Assembly: GCA_030167865.1 (NCBI GenBank)
Contig: JALAGF010006497.1
Location: 1 to 61,539 of the forward strand
Direction of reading: 5' to 3'
DNA: 61,539 bases
Source: Craspedostauros australis
Lineage: Eukaryota
The translations under genes were made by a program, and so were the position numbers. Shown here piece by piece: positions 56,847 through 61,539 of the stretch (its first letter is position 1; each line of letters begins with the position of its first letter). The notes under the pieces were generated by a model. It made no database searches. It was not told the DNA's origin and worked only from the letters and a program-made list of their open reading frames with translations.

Positions 56847-58364
56847 ATGATCGTACCATCGCATCTGGAGTCGTCACCGGCCTTTGATCATGCTCGTACA
56901 ATGCTGCCTGCCAAGAAGCCAGGCAACAGCACCGCGTTCACTTCGTCGGCACAAACCAACAGGATCAAGAAGACCGGAGTGAGTGTCTCGGAAACGTCCA
57001 GAACAACCGCTTTGCATGCGAGCGATGGCCAAAGCAGTTCTGCCGCACAAGTCGATGCCCCCACAGATCGACTTCATGCAGATTCCCAAAGACCAACATT
57101 GATGGCAGCCACCAAGTCGCCGGGAACCGCCGTGGATGGCAATGTCAATGGAGATAAGGGTCTGGACAGCCACGCTGGTGTCGCCGCCGCTGCGGCTGCT
57201 GCTACTCATAGCAATGGCGATGTCGGCAATGACGAGACTCCAGTAGCAACCCAATTGAGATCAATATACTCGACATTGACTACACACAGCGGCACCAGCA
57301 CATACGATGAGTCTTCCCCAACAGATGACCAGGCTGACAATGACCAGAACGACGTCAGTGTTGACAATCAATGTCGCAAGGATCTTCGCCAACCCAGCAG
57401 CAGCGCAAGCCTGTTTGAGAGACGTAGGTACATCCTGCACATCACGTGGCGATCCGTCAACTACGGTCTGCGCGACATGAAGGCCATCGAGATCTTTTAC
57501 GATCGTTTGTTCTCTCAGCACCCGTCCGTCAGAGAGCTGTTCCCCGCCAGTATGAAACAGCAACTCAAGAAGATCTTTCAGGCCATCTCCTTTGCCGTTC
57601 GTTGCCTGGATGAGATCGGCGACGATGCACTTGACATTGATCTGGGCGATAGTAGAAATCACGACTTGAGCACGCAATCCATAAGAACGAGGTCAGATTC
57701 AGACTGTAGTGGAGACGGCATGAAAGAAGATAAGCAACGCAGCGAGGCATCCATCGCTTGCTTTGCCAACAGCAGCAGCAATGACAATGGAGACGACGAA
57801 GGTGGAAGCTTCTGGACCTACCAGAGCCATGTTTCATCGTACAGCAACTGGGATTCTGAATGTCAAGATACGCATGCTGCTACAGATGCAACACGCGCCA
57901 CAGGGGCAACAGGAGATGGATCCAGCGCCCAACGCAGCGAGGAACGAACGCACGGAACTGGGAATGGCGGGAACAAAAGCACGAGCCCAAAACGCACAAG
58001 CAAAACCAAGGACAGCGGAACGGACCGCCTGATCCCGGTCCTGCAGGAATTGGGACGTCGGCACTCCGTATCGTACGGTGTCAAGCGAGAGCATTACTCT
58101 GCTGTCGCGGAATGCTTCGTGTGGACACTGCAGACCTACATGATGGATCAGATGGCCTACATGGCGCGCGGCATGGCCTACGATGTTGCAGATGCGTGGG
58201 GGTTCGCGCTGCAGTTCATTGGCACCATCATGGCAGATGCTGGTGACGAAGCGCTGCGGCAATTGCAGGATGAGCAGGATGCGATGCAAGACATGTCGTC
58301 GTCAAGCGAAGGCAGCGACGGTGGCGAAGATGGCGATAAAGTTGCCACCAGCAATCACCGCTGA
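56847..58364 (+). CDS. Globin-domain protein (flavohemoglobin-type 3/3 fold) with a long internal insertion
   Basis: ATG 56847 chosen (follows a CA-rich leader). N-half TW...IEIFYDRLFSQHPSVRELF...KQQLKKIFQAI; C-half LIPVLQELGRRH...YGVKREHYSAVAECFVWTL...DAW. Confidence 0.85.
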   Translation: MIVPSHLESSPAFDHARTMLPAKKPGNSTAFTSSAQTNRIKKTGVSVSETSRTTALHASDGQSSSAAQVDAPTDRLHADSQRPTLMAATKSPGTAVDGNVNGDKGLDSHAGVAAAAAAATHSNGDVGNDETPVATQLRSIYSTLTTHSGTSTYDESSPTDDQADNDQNDVSVDNQCRKDLRQPSSSASLFERRRYILHITWRSVNYGLRDMKAIEIFYDRLFSQHPSVRELFPASMKQQLKKIFQAISFAVRCLDEIGDDALDIDLGDSRNHDLSTQSIRTRSDSDCSGDGMKEDKQRSEASIACFANSSSNDNGDDEGGSFWTYQSHVSSYSNWDSECQDTHAATDATRATGATGDGSSAQRSEERTHGTGNGGNKSTSPKRTSKTKDSGTDRLIPVLQELGRRHSVSYGVKREHYSAVAECFVWTLQTYMMDQMAYMARGMAYDVADAWGFALQFIGTIMADAGDEALRQLQDEQDAMQDMSSSSEGSDGGEDGDKVATSNHR

Positions 58365-58984
58365 CCTAGAGAGGGGGGGATCATCAATAAGAATCGACGC
58401 TCAATTTTGGACGAGATACAGCGGTCGGCATAAAATGGATGCACTGGAATACTCGACAATACGGTACAGCCTGGAAATCATTGCTGTGCTGAGATTTTCA
58501 AATACATGAGGCTGTATTACTCAGCTATCATACGTTGCCACTGTCGGATTGCCGGAACAGCTGGTCCAGGCTGCAAACAAAACGTTGTGGTGTCGATGTA
58601 ACCTAACTTAGTCTACGTATACCATTCCAATGGACTAATCCGATCGTACAACATCATTTTCCGGTTGAAGGACGAACGACAAGATCCAACCACAAACCAG
58701 AAACTAATTTTGATTTGTGGTGAACGAGCCATCAAGATGATCTTCCATCAACAGCTTTCTTCGTTACCCGCCAAAACACGGCCCACATCAGCTCTCTGGA
58801 CACAATAAAAAAGGATCAGATCTCCGAGGATGGATCTGCGTTGATTACACGTGCCCACGCCGTGCCATGGAGATTGGAACCATCTGATGAAGCGTTCACA
58901 ACATCGTTGACTACCACATCCAAACGGTGGGCCCAAGAGCAACGAGGCCTGAATGCCGCCAAATCCTACGTTACTCGTCACGTG

Positions 58985-60913
58985 ATGGTTCACCGTGCTC
59001 AGCATCTGGTCTCTGGCTCTGCCTTGGCTGTGCCTTCAGCGTTCAATGTCATCATGATCATCGCGACACTATGCACACGGAGCTTTGCTTTTGAATTTCA
59101 TCATGCGCAAACGCGCTCGCTGAGAAATCAATTGCAACAGCAGCAGCTGAAGCCCATCGCTCGTAAGTGCTCTGCTTTCGTTGCAACTGCTGGAGCGTCT
59201 TCTCTATCAGCCAAAAGCAACAACAACGATGACGATGTTGATGAGCATGCCGAAGATGCATTGCCAAAAAGGGTTGCTGTTGTTGGAGGTGGTCTGGCTG
59301 GACTGTCCATCACGTTCCACCTGCTTCAAAAGCAGCCGAACATTGACATTACCATCTTTGACAAGTCCGCAGTTGGTTGCGGTGGTGCATCGGCTGTGGC
59401 TGGAGGGTAAGTCCATTCGAGGCGTCTGTTCAAGTTGGACAACAGCGCAAATGAACTTCCTCCTATTCTTACACATAGTTGGTTTGGTACAAGTGTCAGG
59501 TTGCGAGCAAGTCGGTGACGAAAGAAAAATGTTTGCTACTCCTCATCAAGCCCCAGCTTATGACGACATACATTACCACCAAGATCTCTGAGACTGCTCC
59601 GCAACCCGTACAACATTAATGATAACGATGACAACCGCCCCAAAGAGCAACCTCGTCTATTGGCCATCACTGTGCATGCAAGTATGCGCACATCACAGAG
59701 TGTTGAATGTCCAAATCGTTGACGCTCACATCAATCTAACGCTTTTCGTGCTTCCATTCGAATTCGTATCATGCACCTCGCTTCGCTCTTCAGATTGCTG
59801 CACCCGCTGAGCCCACGCGGCAAGTTGGTCTTCCTCGGGATGGAAAGTTTGAAATGCACCAATGCTATGGTTGATGAAGCCCGCAAGCACTTGGACCTTG
59901 ACGATGATCACGGCCCCAACAAGGTGGTGCTGTTGGACGAAATCTACCGCGTTGCAACAACGGACAAGCACGTGGGGCAGTTGCAATCAACCGCAACACG
60001 ACTACCGCACATTTGCGAGTGGCTCGGCCGTGATGATCTGATCGAACTGCCCATGTACGGCGAAACGTTCCGCAAGGAATCGTCCATACTCGGCGGATTG
60101 AGGATGCACTCCGGCTGCAGAGTCATTCACGTCCCATCCTACCTGAAGAGCTTGTACAAGACCTGCTGCTCCATGAGCGCAGGGTCGATCAAGTGGGTGC
60201 AAGATGCACAAACGGAACAGAAGACCAAAGAAGCGCAGGAATGGTACCCGCAGCTGAAGGATTTCGATGCTGTCGCGTTCTCCGCCGGATCTGGCCTTTT
60301 CGAAGACGCCGTCCTCTCTTCCATCGCCGGCACACAAGACGCAACAGATGGTGAAGTCACGAACCCATTTCCGATCACGCTGGTCCGAGGCCAATCCATC
60401 GAGCTTGTTCCTCATGAGCAAGTGGACGAAGGTGCGGCGCCAGCAATCGGAAGTAGCATGGGAGCTGGCAGCCGAATGCCAGCCATGCTTTGTGGGAAGT
60501 ACCTCTCTCCGTTACCAACGCCTGGGCGCATGTCGCTTGGAGCGACGCACGAATTTAAGACCAAGGCGCTGGATGCAGAACAAGTCGTGGCCGAGTTGAA
60601 GGACCGATCCTATTCCTTCGCGAAGGAAGTGTGGGATAGCAGCAAGGTCAGCAAGATCACAGGTGCGAAACGAGTGCAGAGCAACCGCGGCAATTTCGGA
60701 CGCCTGCCGATTGCTGGCAAGCTGGACACGCCAATCCACAATAATGCATGGATACTGACAGGCTTGAGCAGCCGTGGCCTGCTATATCATGGGATCTACG
60801 GCAGGACGGTGGCCACGATGATGCTTCAACAGCAGCTGCAGGACCATGAAAAAGAAGGATCAGATGATGTGACGGTCGACGTTGACACACTGGACTGGTG
60901 GAGAACCAAGTAG
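58985..60913 (+). CDS. FAD-dependent oxidoreductase (DAO/glycine oxidase-like family), 2 exons
   Basis: Exons about 58985-59406 and 59794-60913; RVAVVGGGLAG...IFD...GGASAVAG|GLLHP, VRGQ, LGATHE, LP..G, TGLSSRGLLYHG. Start uncertain (58985 or 59054); SFA|F plastid-like motif. Confidence 0.9.
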
Positions 60914-61539
60914 AGGAGAATAGACTCTTCAGCAGAGATATAATATGTGCATGGAGTGGAGTCATGCAGCTAGAATACTACTATATAATATTAGAATAGA
61001 GTAGAACAGAATAAGAGAGAGGAAATTCACGAACCAGCCCTTTTGAAGTGCTGATTTGCATGTGCATCCAACGGAGCCAAGAGCACTTACCAACTACTTC
61101 GTGCGAGTACGTACCATACGCGTACAACGTGTAATACATACATTCGGGCACGTCGAGCGCTGTCGATGAAAGTGCTCCACGATACTCTCCTGGTGCGGCA
61201 GCAAGTCGACAGAACAATCTCAAAGGTCGGAGGCGTTTCCTTGTTGACGGCAGTCTCTCCTCCGCTTGCGGAATAGGTCATCATGTACTCTCACTCATTG
61301 TATGTCATCGTCGGCAAACTGGTCTGCTCGTACTCTACTCTCTAGATACCTCTATCTATTCCCCTCGCCTCTGGACTCGCAACTGTGTTAACTTTGCATG
61401 TTCCGTTTTCCATCAGGGTCGAAGTGCGTCGAGACTTCGTTCGATCCGTCATTCAAAACGTCACGTTTGCCATGCCGCAGTTGCAGATGGCGATGTGTAC
61501 ATGCCTTAGCCAAGCAAGCAAAGGCGCGGTGTTGCGACA

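Noticed and set aside
8918..58364. Idea of an NO/cGMP gene cluster (globin plus guanylate cyclase)
   Set aside because: The genes are over 40 kb apart with unrelated genes between them, and the cyclase has no heme-NO domain.
1..61539. tRNA, rRNA, CRISPR or telomeric arrays
   Set aside because: No such patterns found on reading; small ncRNAs cannot be excluded without a covariance-model search.

Overview
Eukaryotic nuclear DNA, almost certainly from a diatom (probably a pennate; species not determinable). Support: two DUF6824-type genes, a diatom-style HSF, a receptor kinase-guanylate cyclase, ASAF-like plastid presequences, GT-AG introns of about 235-575 nt and many microsatellites. About 17 protein genes are supportable, several needing manual splicing: DUF6824 x2, receptor kinase-GC, Crypton/GCR1_C-like DNA-binding protein, HSF, mitochondrial ferredoxin, TMTC O-mannosyltransferase, membrane metallophosphoesterase, extended phosphate-carrier-like protein, GT90, SANT protein resembling M18BP1/KNL2, multipass membrane protein, aldo-keto reductase, split globin and FAD oxidoreductase. 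The left edge carries an ORF missed by the ORF track, next to a repeat cluster that looks like a DNA-transposon end. No tRNA, rRNA or CRISPR array was seen. All family calls come from motif recognition by eye, not from database searches.
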